NCBI GenBank assembly: GCA_008632985.1
Contig: QPGO01000148.1
Location: 124,001-186,431 of the forward strand
DNA from: Psammoneis japonica
Lineage: Eukaryota
Reading direction: 5' to 3'
Length of the DNA stretch: 62,431 nt
The notes under the pieces were generated by a model. It was given only the letters and a program-made list of their open reading frames with translations. It did not search any database and was not told the origin of the DNA. Of the stretch, positions 1-13,039 are shown in pieces. The position numbers and the translations under genes are program-made. Position 1 is the stretch's first letter, and each line of letters begins with the position of its first letter.

Positions 1-2643
1 GATGCAGCCGTGCAACTAGCCATACCCTGCAGGAAGAGCTGTTGGTGGCGCGCGAGCAGAAGCAACAAAGCAAAGAACACGGCGTGGGTCAAAATGTTGT
101 AAAATGACGCAACAACAAGCAGCGAGAAGAAACCCAACTTGACCCATGAATACAGCGCATACATATTGTCCAACCACTTCAATAGTATCTCGTATTCCCA
201 GCTTGTAGATGAGGGGACGGCGTTCGCGTTTCTCGCCATGGTGTTGTTGTGCGTTATCGTGTTGTTTGCGCGCGAAGACCACGGGATCTATTTATCCGAT
301 AATAACTCTGTTTTGGTAATAGTAGATGTTTTACTGTATTCAATCTGAAAATATTTTGAGAAGCGCTTCGGGGCGACCTTGTTCGCACCGTTAAATAGAA
401 ATTTTTTTTATCCAGATTCCAGAGTTCTTTCGGGGTGTTCTGTCAGACTTTTGAGTTGGTATATACATATATTAGAGGCCTTAGCAAAATCAATGATATG
501 TAATAGCCTCAGAGACCAACATAAATTTATGTTCCATGTAGACCACGTAGATTGTGTACCGGCGGAAAATCCACGGCATGTCAATCACTCAGTAGTAATT
601 CTACGTATATCCTACTTACACCTCACACACGTACACACACCTACACAGTCTAATAACCGCGCACACGTGCGCGAGATCATTTCAAATTGTTCAGAGGACG
701 AACAACCGACAACGAGAACGAGGATGAAGAAGAGAACGATTTCCGATATGGGTGACTTTGTGTGGGAGTTGCAACGCACTAACGCGACCCTCTTTTCCGT
801 CAAGAATTTTCGAATTACCGACTTTTGCTTCACACTGCGGTGGCCGTGGCCGTGTTGAGAGAATTCGGAACCATTTTGGATGAAGACTTGCAATCGGCCA
901 CGTAACTCATCTTATTGGGGGCTGCGCGGAGAAGTCAGAATCAAAGGAGCTCTTGACGGTCTGGTGAATAATGGCGAAATTACAGAAGGACTCTGTCAAG
1001 GAAGGAGTGGTTTGGTTACATAATATGATAAGGCGGCTAGAAGGACACATGATATTGTATTCACCAACTACCAGTGGTCGTAGAACCCAGTTTGGGATGA
1101 ATTCACAGACAGCAACGAGACAAGACGTCTGAACAGCTTCTTACCGACGATGGCTTATTTTGAAAGAGAAAAACCCGAGTTTGAGCCATTCAAACAAAGT
1201 TATACTGGTGGCACGGTCCATTTCCCTGTGTTGCTGCCAATCACGGCTGTCCGGAAAACCAAACTTGCCGGCGAAAGCGAAGCGCCTGAGGGAAGATCAA
1301 GCGCAGACGATTGGAATCGCTCTGGCGGTGCCGTCGTTGTGTACAAGTCAATTTTCGCGACGTTCTAGACGAACTCCCTGTCTTCGATGATACGCTGGGT
1401 GAGGTTCTATTCCTTTTTCGATGCTCGTAGAAAAAGGAGATATTCAGGGCTGCTACCACATACTTGATACGGCAGTACTGGAACTGTTGTTGGCGATTAC
1501 AAAGGCGAGTAGGATACTGCGTTTCTTGAGGATCCGTCTACAGGTAGCGACAGGAATGCGATGGATGAGTTTTCTTCAAAAGCCACAACAGAATATACGC
1601 AGTTGTACCTTAATAATGAGATGGGAACCACCGAGCGCCGAGGTCTCCGACACAGATCGTGAAGCGCCAGTTGCCGTTGCGGAAGAGTTGAGTAAACTTT
1701 ATAGGGATAAAATGGATTTCATTGGAAGCTCAATTGGTGCGATCAATACTGTATGGGGGCTGGGCGGAAATTTCCAGTTTATGCAAAATGCTCTCGGTAC
1801 AATCTTGGACGATATTGAGAAGATTCGAAACGCCTTCAAATTTTCGGTAAGTTAAGATTGAATTGATCTGAGGCATCCAGCGAGTAAAGTTGTTCTCATT
1901 AAATGTTATTGCTGAGATTGTAGGATCCGATCAAGTCTTCGATTTTGCTTCTTGCCTTGTTTGCGCTATCTTTGTTTTTGGCTCTGGTGCCCACGAGAGC
2001 GTTAGTTCTGGTTGAGGGGTTGTTAAGTGGGATGCCTCGCATGTGAGAATCTTTTCATGTCTTTTCTCTTCACATCTGACAATACGCCGTCCCAATATTC
2101 GAATGATCAATACAATGCTACATTTATTGCAGCGTACGGCCCTTCATCAAAAGCTGCCGACGCTTCAGACAGAAAATCAGACGAAGAGAAGAGTGACGGC
2201 AAGAACGATAGCGATGGCCGTCCATTTTTGACTCAGTCAGACCAGCACCAGCACCCTTCTGGTAAGCACTCTAGACTAGATTAGACTAGACTAGGCTTGT
2301 CGAAAGGTTGATGCTTCTGCTGGCCTCTTTTCACGTGAAGTGGCATTTCCCTAACTGCCACACAACTCTCATTGCTGTCACTCTCTTGTCAAGAGCTAGT
2401 TCCTAGTGCCCTTAGATAACGATCTGTTGTTTTCAAATCATCCATACAATACCGGCACCAAATTGATCCAGGAAATCACAGTTGGAATAGGATCAAAAGT
2501 AATTTCTAACATGTGTAAATAATCTGTAAAATGTGTAGTTTATAGCAATAAGAAAAGCATGCCGTATCCAGTACGCTTTTGTTCATCCTCTATACCGGTA
2601 GGACAAGTGGTGGGTTTCAATGATTGTCTCGTGAAGGCATTCA

Positions 2644-3353
2644 TTACAAACACTTTTGAAAAAAGGTCGTCGTAATGGCATATGCCTTGTCCATACCCTT
2701 CTTGAACTCGGGGTCTGCCCAATCCCCTCGATTGATACAACCGTGATGCATTTCGCTGTACCGAACAAACTCCGATTTGTGGCCGTATTTGGGGTGAGCT
2801 TTGAGAATTTCCTTATATGGGTATGATCCGCGTCTTCTCCGGCGTCCACCATGAGGAGCGGGCAGTCGATATGAGGGGCGTCGCTCTCATGCACAAAGTC
2901 ACCATGTAAAACAGCGGCAGCATCATACGCGCCCGTCTTTGAACCACATACAGCAACTTTGCCGCCATAACCAAATCCAAGCAAGCCAATTTTATCACAG
3001 TCACATCGATCTCTAAGGTACTCGCTGAGCGTTGCCATATCCGCCATCAATTGTTCTTCCGAAAACGAAATTTCCCACATCATGAACTCTGCAATATCTC
3101 GAGGAGGATAGTTCTTCACGGACCACGCATTTCCTCGAAAGTAGTCGCCGAGAATAACAGTGCATTCTGTCTCTTGCGCTAATCGATTGCAAAATTCTCT
3201 GGTGCCCTTTGCATTGAATCCGAAAATATCGTAATTCACGATAATGCCTCCCGACTTGTTGCCAGTCCCCGGGTAAACCACGTACACGTCCATGTCGCCC
3301 AGAGAAATCTCCGTCGAGGACGGAGCCGCTTTTGTACTGCTAAAGAAAGGCAT
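2644..3353 (-). CDS. Dienelactone hydrolase family protein (CMBL-like), with a 1-nt frameshift near 2811
   Basis: Motifs YDIFG, DYFRG, IGLLGFGYGGK, HG. Shifting frame at ~2811 gives the family C-terminus ...FVRYSEMHHGCINRGDWADPEFKKGMDKAYAITTTFFQKCL* (stop 2644-2646). The nucleophile-elbow Cys appears to be Gly. Confidence 0.85.
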
Positions 3354-3735
3354 GGTGAAAAGAACAGAGGGCGGTTAAGCTTCGGTCACGTTGTAACGAG
3401 TTGTATCGTTCTCTTCTTTGTTGTTGTTCCTGCTCGTTTTGTTCTGTGTTCTCTCCGCTCTCCGCTTCGTTGCCATTTTCGTGTTCCACACATTCAATCA
3501 ATCTGGCGATGTGGGTGACGTAAGTCGGATAGTGTGACGTCGATATATATTTATTTTAAGAGGCATATTATTTTCAATGATACGTGGTGAATTATGATTG
3601 GATGAATGATGTGGTCGCGTTTCATGACTACAATTCCCTCCGACATACTGTATCCGCGACCATCGCTGTTTTTGTTTTGTGCGTTGCATGTTCAATAATG
3701 TTTGACCTCCAACATTAATACCGGTAGCATCAATC

Positions 3736-5041
3736 ATGTTTGTGATGACCAAAGGAACCTTGCAGGTCGTCGCGTGTCGGAATGGAGGTCAACGGGTGAT
3801 GGATCGGACGACAGGGCAAGGATTCTACCTCTCTCCTGCCGGCGAAATGAAAAGCATTTCGGATGGACTCGATTGTTGCTGTGGGGAGGAGTTCACCTCG
3901 TATGTGAGAGAACATTTGGAACCCGTTCCCTACAGTCACGATGGACCGGCTTCTAAGGATATTGATAACCTTTGGCCTAATCGGTACCTCAAGATGAAAA
4001 TTGACAATGACTGGAAAGTCGCTCGCGTGAAAGGTTGGAGAGAGTACACCTCTGGGCCCTTTTGTCCTGAAACGTTTTGGGTTCTTACGTTCAAAGTTAA
4101 TAAGAGAGACGACGGCAAACTTGTACACGGAGATCAAGTCAAGATTGATGGTTTAAGTTCTGCAATAGAGCACAATGGCAAAGTCGGTGCTGTCAAGAAG
4201 TTTGATGAGGCATCAGGGCGCTACCAGGTATGCTACCGTACATACAATCACGAAAAAGGAGAGGCAGAGAATGTTCAGATTTTATGCAAGCCCGAGAATC
4301 TAATGTTGGACAGGAAATGGGAATTGGAGGTCACAAAGTGTGATGTTGATGAAAGTGGCGTGCTTTCGGGAAACCCTTTTAAAGGAATGCAGGATGAGAT
4401 TCCCTTTGTGTGGCTCGATCCACCTACGGTCCCGGTTGCTACCCCATGCGATCATGGTGGTATCGCTGAGAACTTCGAGTTTGGAAGTGCCTATGAGAAA
4501 GCCATTGGGTCATATGTTGGTCCTTTTACTTTTGGCGGTCAAAATCCGCAGAACTTCAATTATGAACTCGTGGAAGCGTTTGCCAATGAGAATCCCACTC
4601 TCGCCAGTGACGAAGGTTTTTGTAATCATTTGTTTGTATGGTGTGTGAAGGAGTATCTGAAGGGCCATCTTAGGCATTCCACAACACACAACAATGCTCG
4701 CTCTCTCCTCTTTCTTGCGTATAATCTGCGTTATCGCTACATTCCGGAATCCAACGGAATTCGATGCACCGATAACGGAGCGTGCTATGATGAAAGTGCT
4801 AGCACGCGAAGTCTCCTGGGACTGTATCGAAACACTAAAGAAAGATTACAAAAAGATGTGCAAAATGTCCATGTGCTTTGGGTGTAGAAAGGACTTCCCA
4901 AAACTAGAAGTGAAGAGCTGTAGCAAGTGCATGTTTGCTCAGTACTGTAGCCGAGAATGCCAAGAACTTGACTGGTACGTTCATCGATACGTTGCCTTTT
5001 GCTTCAAAGATATACATAAGATGAATCGAAGCTTTTTTTAA
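3736..5041 (+). CDS. Diatom-type MYND zinc-finger protein split over two frames (3736-4887, 4694-5041); TpA-intact reference copy of a local duplication
   Basis: C-terminal CFGC...CSKCMFAQYCSRECQELDWYVHRYVA MYND pattern. SH3-like VKIDGLSSAIEHNGKVGAVKKFDEASGRYQV segment. Normal TpA content. Confidence 0.7.
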
Positions 5042-7619
5042 AAAAGAATCGTTCATTTTCGGAAAACTGACTTGTTTTTCGTTTCTTGAAATGTTCTAGG
5101 ACGTGCCACAAAGCAACATGCAGGTCAGTCAGAAGGGTGAACAGAGAGAATCAGATGCGCTGATTACCTACAACACTCATGGTTATCCATTGCATGAGTC
5201 AGCTCGACACTGTTGTAACAATTTCCCGAGTCAAGATAGATATTTTCCCGCATGGAAAAAGTGAACAAAGCCACTGGCTCTCCAAAGACCTCCGCGGACA
5301 GAAAAAATGCATGTTGCGCGAAAGGAAGAATAATAACGGCACACACGATGGTGCCGGAAATTATCCCGCACATGGATCCATGACGACCTGCATCACCCCT
5401 GCGACGCACCGTGCCTTGCTACTCACTTTCATCCGTCTACTACACTCTCAGTTGTCTCTCGAGGAAGGCGTTTGCGTACAACTGGGAAAGGTCGTGACGT
5501 CATCCCTACGATTTCCAGATTCACATTGTCATTTCGGGAACTGTTTCGAGATCCACGAATTTAGGCGGAATAACGACCAAGATTCTCTAACCAAACACCA
5601 TGTTTGGACACGAAGAACCAGCAACAGCGACATATACTGTTGCTGCGGCACAAGACGTTACCACTTGTGTGTTGACATTGGAGGATATCGAAAGGGAAAT
5701 TGTGGGTCAATCAAGACTCTGGGTAAAATGATTGAAGAGGCACCCATAACACTGGGACGTTCCATTCAATTCGAATTGCTCAAACCAATTTGAGCTGGTG
5801 CCGGTGGACAAATGTGGCTAGTTTGTGAAAGTGACAACCCGAATGTTGGTGGATAAAAAGAACTATGCAGCTCAACGCCAGGTAATAAGGGCCAACGAGC
5901 AGGCAAAATGACATGTATGCGCTGAAGGTCCAGTACATTCGTGATATACTGCAATGCAAACAAGTAAAGAGAATGCTCGACGAAAAAGAAATGATGCAAA
6001 AGAAGGATCATCCGTTTGTCATGCGTCATCTCAATTCGTACAAGGACGAGCAGTGTCTTTCCATGCTGGTCGATCATATTTTAAGGTAGAGAGCTGTCTA
6101 GTTTTATTCATATTCTTTGCAGGAAGAAATTCTACGCTGCTAACGTCGTGTGTCTAAGTACTGCTCGGAAGATCCGGCTGTGACAAGAACCAATGTCCAC
6201 CTCGATCGGCGTGGAAGGTCTCGACGAGGCCACATTTCATATTCTTGACATGAAGAGTCGGAAGGATGTACTGGTTGTTTATGGCCACCAGAGAGTCGTA
6301 GAGCCGCTAGGACGCACCGTTGTCAGTGGTCGTCATGTCAAAGTTTCCGAGATCGTCCTTGACAAGCAGGCCTGACAAGAGTCGAACTCTCCAGAGAAGT
6401 CATGAGCGTCCGAACGGAACTTTTCTCCAAAGCGCATGGGTGCTACGGGAATGCCTACTCCGGCAACTTGATGGGGATTCTTCGCTCCACATAGGTGATT
6501 GGAAGCATCAATGTCGCTGACCACTGGGATACTACCGCTCATGAACTCGACTTGCGCCACACTCATAATATCCGCGACAGAGCTGAACAAAGATAGGGTG
6601 AGTTTTGAACCATACAGAGCCACACTATTTTAATATAATACATTTCCAAATCCGTAACCAAAAGTACTCACCGATCCTCCGTACGGGCGCATACCGACAT
6701 GACTTCAGCGACTGACATTGAGACAGACTCCAATGGGTCATAAGGAACGCTTGGATCCTTTGGGTGGTTGTGGCAAAGACCTATCAAAAATGGAGATTCG
6801 TAGAGAGTATCAAGTATCAGATACAATGGATCATTGTATTACAACAAGACTTGTGTATTCGCAACGTCATTGGAATATAAGCTGGAGTTGTTGTCGCCTT
6901 TTTTTTGATGCACGCCGTGGGGCGAGGAGGATCGGTCTTAGTGCTCTTATACGATGGAGATTTCGGTGGAGATCGTGGTGCTTGTTGTGATCCTTTTCGC
7001 AATGGTCGCTACAGACTGTATACGATCTATGTTGATTGCTACCTCTGCTGCTTTTCATTGGTTTGACTGTCGTTGTTGCCGTATCCTCCAGATCCCAGCT
7101 ACTACTACTCGTCAAAAAACTCTTGCATGACCTCCAGAGCGAAACTCACGAATTCCGATTGGAAACGTGTTGTTCAGTTGAAGAAGGTATTCAACATTAT
7201 CTAGCCAGGTGATTCTTCATCTCAGGCGGAGGATTTACCGTACCATGCTTGGTACCGTGAGACAAATAAACCAACGTATTTCGAATCGTTTGTTTCTCTC
7301 TACTAGCTAGAGAGTGTCTTAGCAAGGTACTTTAGAATTGACATTCTTCTGTTGCTCCGTCGCAGTAGGGCAGATCCTAGGTACCTACAAGTGAACACGA
7401 CGAGGCCTTGGGGTACACCGCGAAGACACAGCGACATCAAAGTACGCAACAACAACGCAAGCGCTACGACCGTCATCGCAGTCCATTGACGTACGTACGG
7501 AATAACTTACACGCACATAAAGATTGCTATGTTGCACTTTTAGTCTTTCTACTTCTCCATTGTAAAAGTTCAAGGGGTGTTTCAAACAACTGAAACACAC
7601 CAAAAGATGCGGTCGAAAT

Positions 7620-9190
7620 CGGTTGAGCACGGCATTGTTGCAGAGACAACAAGAAAACAGAAAACTTTCAAGTCAACCACTTGCCAAGCCATTTTACTCC
7701 CCACGAGTGAATGCTTGCCGTGCGGCCATGTCACCGGCACAGCAAAACCCCGATTCAGCATTCCATCAATGGCGTGATCTGCTCAGTGAGCTCTTGCTGC
7801 TTTGCAAACTGGCACTTGCTGTCTGTTTCAACAGCCGTGGTCTTGAGCGACCCGTGAACGGGCAACTTCCTGTGCTCAAAGACACAAGAGTGACATGGAC
7901 TCAAGGCCAGAGAGATGCACTCAATTTGCCCAAACAACCTCTGGAGTTAACTGGTGACACCTGCAATGCCACCTTCAACCATGCAAGAGAGCTGAAGCAA
8001 CTTAAACAAAAAAAAAAAGAGAGACAAGCCACCTGTGCTGGAGTCAAGCTCATGGCATGTCAGGGAAGAAGAAGGAGAGAATCACACCACATGGGCCAAA
8101 TGCTCTGAGGTCATTGTTTGTCATGCTTCTCAAATGATGAAGCAAAGAAAGTGCTTGATCCTTCTCTGCACTGGAAAGGACTGTGCCTTGCTTCAACAGA
8201 CAGGTTTTGATGCTCCACCAGCTGGGGTTGCTGTGCTTCTGCTTTGCCTGTGGCAACAGCAACATTCCGGCACCCAGCAACTGAGACTTTGTTGCAGCAA
8301 TTTGTGCACAGTCAACAGGAGGTTTTGTTGTGAATCTGAGTGGAGCACCAGGTGTTGGTCTAAAATCCAAGCCAGGGTTGCTTGGCAGAACACCCCCTGC
8401 AAAGCTCAATGACATGTGGGTGTGCTGAGCAAGGACAGCAGTTGGCACTCAGTTTGTGCTGGAGAGCCCCACAGCACACCTTGGAGCAAAAAGCTTGTAG
8501 CCAAAGGGGGGGGGGGGGGGGTGTTGCCAAGGAGGCAGGGGACTTTTTTGTCTCTTTGGGTTGCAAACCATGGCAGAAGAATGGTGGGCTGGTGTCAAGA
8601 TGCACTGCAAAAATGACTCATTTGCTTGCATGAAGACAAGATGCCATTGCTGGAAATCCATTGCACACTTGACATGATGCTGCCATTTGATGTCTTGTGC
8701 AAAGGCAGAGAGAGAAGCACAAAGCAAGCAGCGCAAGCAGGTTTCCTGACATTTCAGCCACACCAATGACAGAAAGATCATTTGTGCTGGCAGGCTTGAA
8801 GCAGGCAGTCATGGCATCTTGCTTGAGCTGGTGACGTGCAGACCAAAATGTGCAGAGCTCTGTGCAGAGGACCAATTTTGGCAATGACATTGGCCCCTCT
8901 GTTGAACTTCTGAATTGCCAGGTCTCACAGTCTGTTTGCTTGCTGCAACACATGCTTTTTAACATGGCGGCAACAAGTCCTCTGCTGCAAAGGCATTTTG
9001 TTCAGAGGCGATGACCACAGCAATTTCTTTGTTTCAGAAAAATGGCTTTGGTGTTTTGTGCCATGTCAATTTTTTTCTCTTTGGAGGGACAAAAATTCAG
9101 CGCCACAGTGGTGTCACAACAAACATTGTTTTGCATGATTTTGTTGCAATGAATTTGTGCAGAGCACATGCAGAGATGTGCCGCCAGCCT
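7620..9190. other. TpA- and CpG-depleted degenerate tract; contains a possible SF2 helicase C-terminal relic (~8100-8330, + strand)
   Basis: Only ~6 TA dinucleotides in 1.6 kb. Translated fragments LQQTGFDAPPAGVAVL and LLQQFV.RVNR resemble helicase motifs V/VI. Confidence 0.4.
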
Positions 9191-10740
9191 CAAGGGACAG
9201 GCTCATCCTCAAAATGACAAAAAGATGGGTGAAATGTGTCAATGTGCTTTGGGTGCAGAAAAGGCACTCCAAAACTGGATGTGAGGAGCTGCAGCAAGTG
9301 CATGTTTGCTCAGTGCTGCAGCCAAGAATGCCAGGCTGGTGTTTTCATTGATGTGCTGCCTTTTGCTTCAAAGATGAGCACAAAACAAATTAGAGTCTTG
9401 ACTTTAAAAAAAAAAAAAGGTTGTTTTGGGAGAACTGACTTTTTTTTGTTTCTCATTGACATGCTCTGAAACTTGCCACAAAGCAACATGCAAGTCAGTT
9501 GAAAGAGTCAGATGATGAGCCAGTGCCACAAAGTTGCAACAATTGTCCTTGTCAAGACAGGCTGTTTCTTGCATGATAAAAAGAGCTTGCAGCTCAAGGT
9601 TGCAAAGTGCAGCAGCTCACTGAACAAAGTCTTCTTTGCAAGATCTTTGTTGTTGTGTTGCATGTTTGGTCCCTGGCTCTGTTGATGTCTCTGCATTTTT
9701 GCAGAATTGACAGCTTGTGATCATGATGCAAGACCAGCTAAGTGCAACATTGTCAAGTCACCCCACCTCTTGTCACTTCTCATCCTGCACATCCCACTTG
9801 TCAATGTTTCCACCAGACTGCTGGAAAAGCAAAAATTTTTGAAAGAGCTTCATGTCAAGCAAACTGGTGTTTGAAAGCATGCATTGCTTGCTTGATTCTT
9901 GTCCTGCCACTTTTCTTGCAGTCAACATTGTGGCTCAATTCCACAAACTCAAAACAAGACACATGTGTTGCTTTGAACAAATTGTGCTCTCATCATCAAC
10001 CAGGTTTTGTCTCATTTCTGTTCTGCTCAAGCTTTTGTCACTTTCAATCCTTCAGCTTCATGTGCAAAAACAAGAGCAGCAACTCATTGCAGTGGTGCAT
10101 TGAACAAAGCTGCTGGCTCTCTAAAGAGCCCAGCTCTGCATGAACAAAAAATGAGTGTTGCGTGGAAGGAGGAGGAAGTGGCAACACACAGCACACATGA
10201 TGTGGTTTCAGAAATCACCCCACACATGTGAATCCAAGATGACAACCTCCTGTGTCACCCCTGGGCCACACCATTCCATCTGCACTTGCCACTTGCTTTC
10301 ATCTGTCTGCTGGGCTCTCAGTTGTCTCTCAAGGGAGGCATCTGTGCAGAGCTGGGAAAGGTCACAACTGCATCCCCTGTGACTCACATTGCCGCCATTT
10401 CAGGAACATTTTTGGGGTTCACAAATTCAGGCAGAAAGGCCAAGATTCTCAAACCGAATGCCGTGCATGTTTGGACACAAAGAACCAACAAAAGCGGTGC
10501 ATGCTGTTGCTGCAGCTCAGATGTTGCCACTTTTGTGTCTTGATTTTGAAGAATTCTGAACACCAAAAGGGACATTTTGGGTTGATTGAGATTGGGCAAA
10601 ATGATTGAAGAGGTGCCCACCAAATCAAGATTCTCCCCTCAACTTGCAATGCTCAAACCACTTGGAGCAGATGCTCAGGACAAATGTGGCCAGTTTGTGA
10701 AAATGTTGGCAAAAGAAAAAAACACTGCACAGCTTGGCAC
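9190..10740 (+). repeat. Hypermutated partial duplicate (copy B) of 4850-5900 (MYND C-terminus and downstream DNA)
   Basis: 9240-9500 aligns with 4870-5130 and 10140-10740 with 5300-5880. Many differences are TA->CA/TG and CG->CA/TG. Confidence 0.85.
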
Positions 10741-11339
10741 CAGGGAGTTGTGAACTTTTGCCATTGGAAATTGTTGCAGGTGGTCATCAGGGTGATTTTG
10801 AGTGTGCCCTTGACAACAAGCTGGTCAAGTCCATGAGTCTGGGGCTCCCCGCGGCATTTCTCTTGGGCAGCAAATTAAAACAAGATCCTGTTGTTCCAAT
10901 CTTGGCACATCCTGGGGATGTCATGACGTTGGGAGGGAAGAGCTGATTGTGTTTTCATGGAATGGCAAGGGTGACACCAGCAGATGCAGTGATCTCCAAT
11001 GTTTGCAAAAAGAGTTGCAGGCTCTTTTGAGAAATGAATGCATGAGCTCAGTGGCAAGCGATGGGTGTCAGGGTGCAAGTCCAGCAAATGGTGCGACAAA
11101 GTCGACGTGTCTGATTTCAGATTGTGACAAATGGGCTCTGTGGTGGTCTGTCTGTCCCAGCATCAAATGATGTCAACGTTCGACAGGTGTTTCCCAAATG
11201 GAGCACCTGAAAATCCACAAGACGAAAATTCTCAATTGGTTGTCATGCATCTCTCTGTGATGCTCTTCAAATGAAGAGCACACGATTTTTCCCATTCTTC
11301 ACGCTCCTTAAATCTAGCCACGCTGGTGTGCTCTTTTCT

Positions 11340-12760
11340 TCATCGAATGCGACGGCAGTCTGGACACGTCATTTCTTCATCTCTGTTCAATTTTGCTTTG
11401 CATTTCCCTTTTCCGTACATCCATGATCCACAATTAAGGTCGCAAAATGCAAAGCGTTTTGTTTCTTTGCTTTCACATTCGCAACAGTGCCACATCTTTC
11501 CGCACCAACATTTCCAATTGTCCTTAAAACACGCCAAACACATTCGCCCATTGCACGCCGAACATTTCTGCCAATGCCCAGTGTCTTCCATTGCACAAAC
11601 GTGGCAAACATACGAACTGCAGTTTCCAATGCATTTGTCGAGATTGCCTGAATCAAGGCACATTTCGCACAAGGCCCAGCCATCAGAGCACGGGCACTCA
11701 AACAGTGAGTTCACTGATGCGTCGCAATCACGGCAGAAAAAGCTTCCGCATTCCGCAGAACAATGGCAACCACAATCACGACAAGTTGCATTCTCGCACT
11801 CAAGACAGTGGTCTGTTGAGCAAGGGTCCGATGGGTCGTAACCGGGCGATGCGTGGAATTTTGAACTGCAATGCTCGCACTCCACCTCCATGCTGTCGTT
11901 GCTGGCCTTTCTGACAATTTCACCCAATTCTTTGTTTGCTTCCATTTTTTGTGCCTGTCCTTCTTTGGTGCATGATTAGCTTTCCCTGCCTGCATCTGTG
12001 GTTGTGGATGCTTCGACAGGAGCATCCTCAACGGCGTGACTCTTTTCCGCTGCTAGATTCTGTTCCTTGTTTTCTTCCACTTGCACCTGTCCTTCTTCGG
12101 CACCTGATTGGCTTTCGCTGCCTGCATCTGTAGTTTTTGATGCTTCAACAGGAACGTCCTCAACGGCGCGACTCTTTTCCGCCGCTACGATCTGTTCATC
12201 ATCACTGCTGTCATCCAGCACGATGGGATTCTCGCGTGCAGTCCTGTTTTTCCTTTCCAAAACTTGAGCGCGAGTCTCCCGGGTGTTTCACTTGGGACAA
12301 TTGCAGGTTGTGCACTCGGAATTGTTGTTGGAGATTTCCTTGCAGTGCACACAAAAATGGAGAAAGTGAGGAGCATGGTTTCGACAAGCAATGACGTTGC
12401 AGCCCATTTCCGACATGCAAATCATTGTCTTGCATTCCGGACACTGAACGCTTCCCTCCATCATGTTTTCCTGCTTTACAAAGGACCGGATGGACATCTG
12501 GGCGTGCGTCATCCTTCGTGATGTGGTTGCAGCATCTGCAGTCGGTGACGGGGAATCTCTTGCCACCGCATTGGATGGCACAGGAAACGGCGCAGTCATT
12601 GAGGCAGAATGATTGTGGGGAGTGGAGTCATTGTGGTCCACAGATCGCGATGGGGACTTTCATTTTCCTGCAATGGAAGTCACAGAATCCGGCACAGGCT
12701 CTGAGGTGTCAGCGCTGGGCAGTGCCACTGCTTGACGACTCATTTCTCTGCAGACTGCAA
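11340..12760 (-). pseudogene. Disrupted Cys-rich protein with an IBR/RING2-like module, a tandem acidic repeat and a C-terminal CxxC-rich region
   Basis: CPECKTMICMSEMGCNVIAC...HFCVHC pattern. A TGA at 12288 (probably from CGA) interrupts a frame that continues into ERKNRTARENPIVLDD. AAEKS.AVED.PVEAS.TTDAG occurs twice. CxxC-rich ORF 11340-11945. Confidence 0.55.
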
Positions 12761-13039
12761 GCAGCGCAGCAAGAAAAGAGAAGAGCCAGCAGAGCAGGTG
12801 TCACTCAGGAGAGATGGAAGATGGGCACAACAACGTAGAAGTGCAAGCATGTTCATTCTCAATTCATCGCTCCAACAAAAAATGGCAATCGTGTGTCTGT
12901 CTTGTGTCCGTCGGTGTCACAGGGTTGTTCTTCGTGTCACCACTTTGCGGTCAAAATTCAGAATTTGCAATCGTGATGACAACAGTTGACTTTCTACTGG
13001 GCTCATTTCGTCCACTGAAAGGTGAGTCCAGCTGAATTC

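Noticed and set aside
700..1855. Possible gene (protein-like fragments in several frames)
   Set aside because: Multiple stops and no recognisable domain; cannot support a call.
2271..2294. (CTAGA)n short repeat
   Set aside because: Too short; ordinary microsatellite-like sequence.
6150..7140. Possible minus-strand spliced gene remnant
   Set aside because: No identifiable family; frames interrupted.
8506..8521. G16 run as a G-quadruplex or regulatory element
   Set aside because: Simple homopolymer in degenerate DNA; no supporting context.
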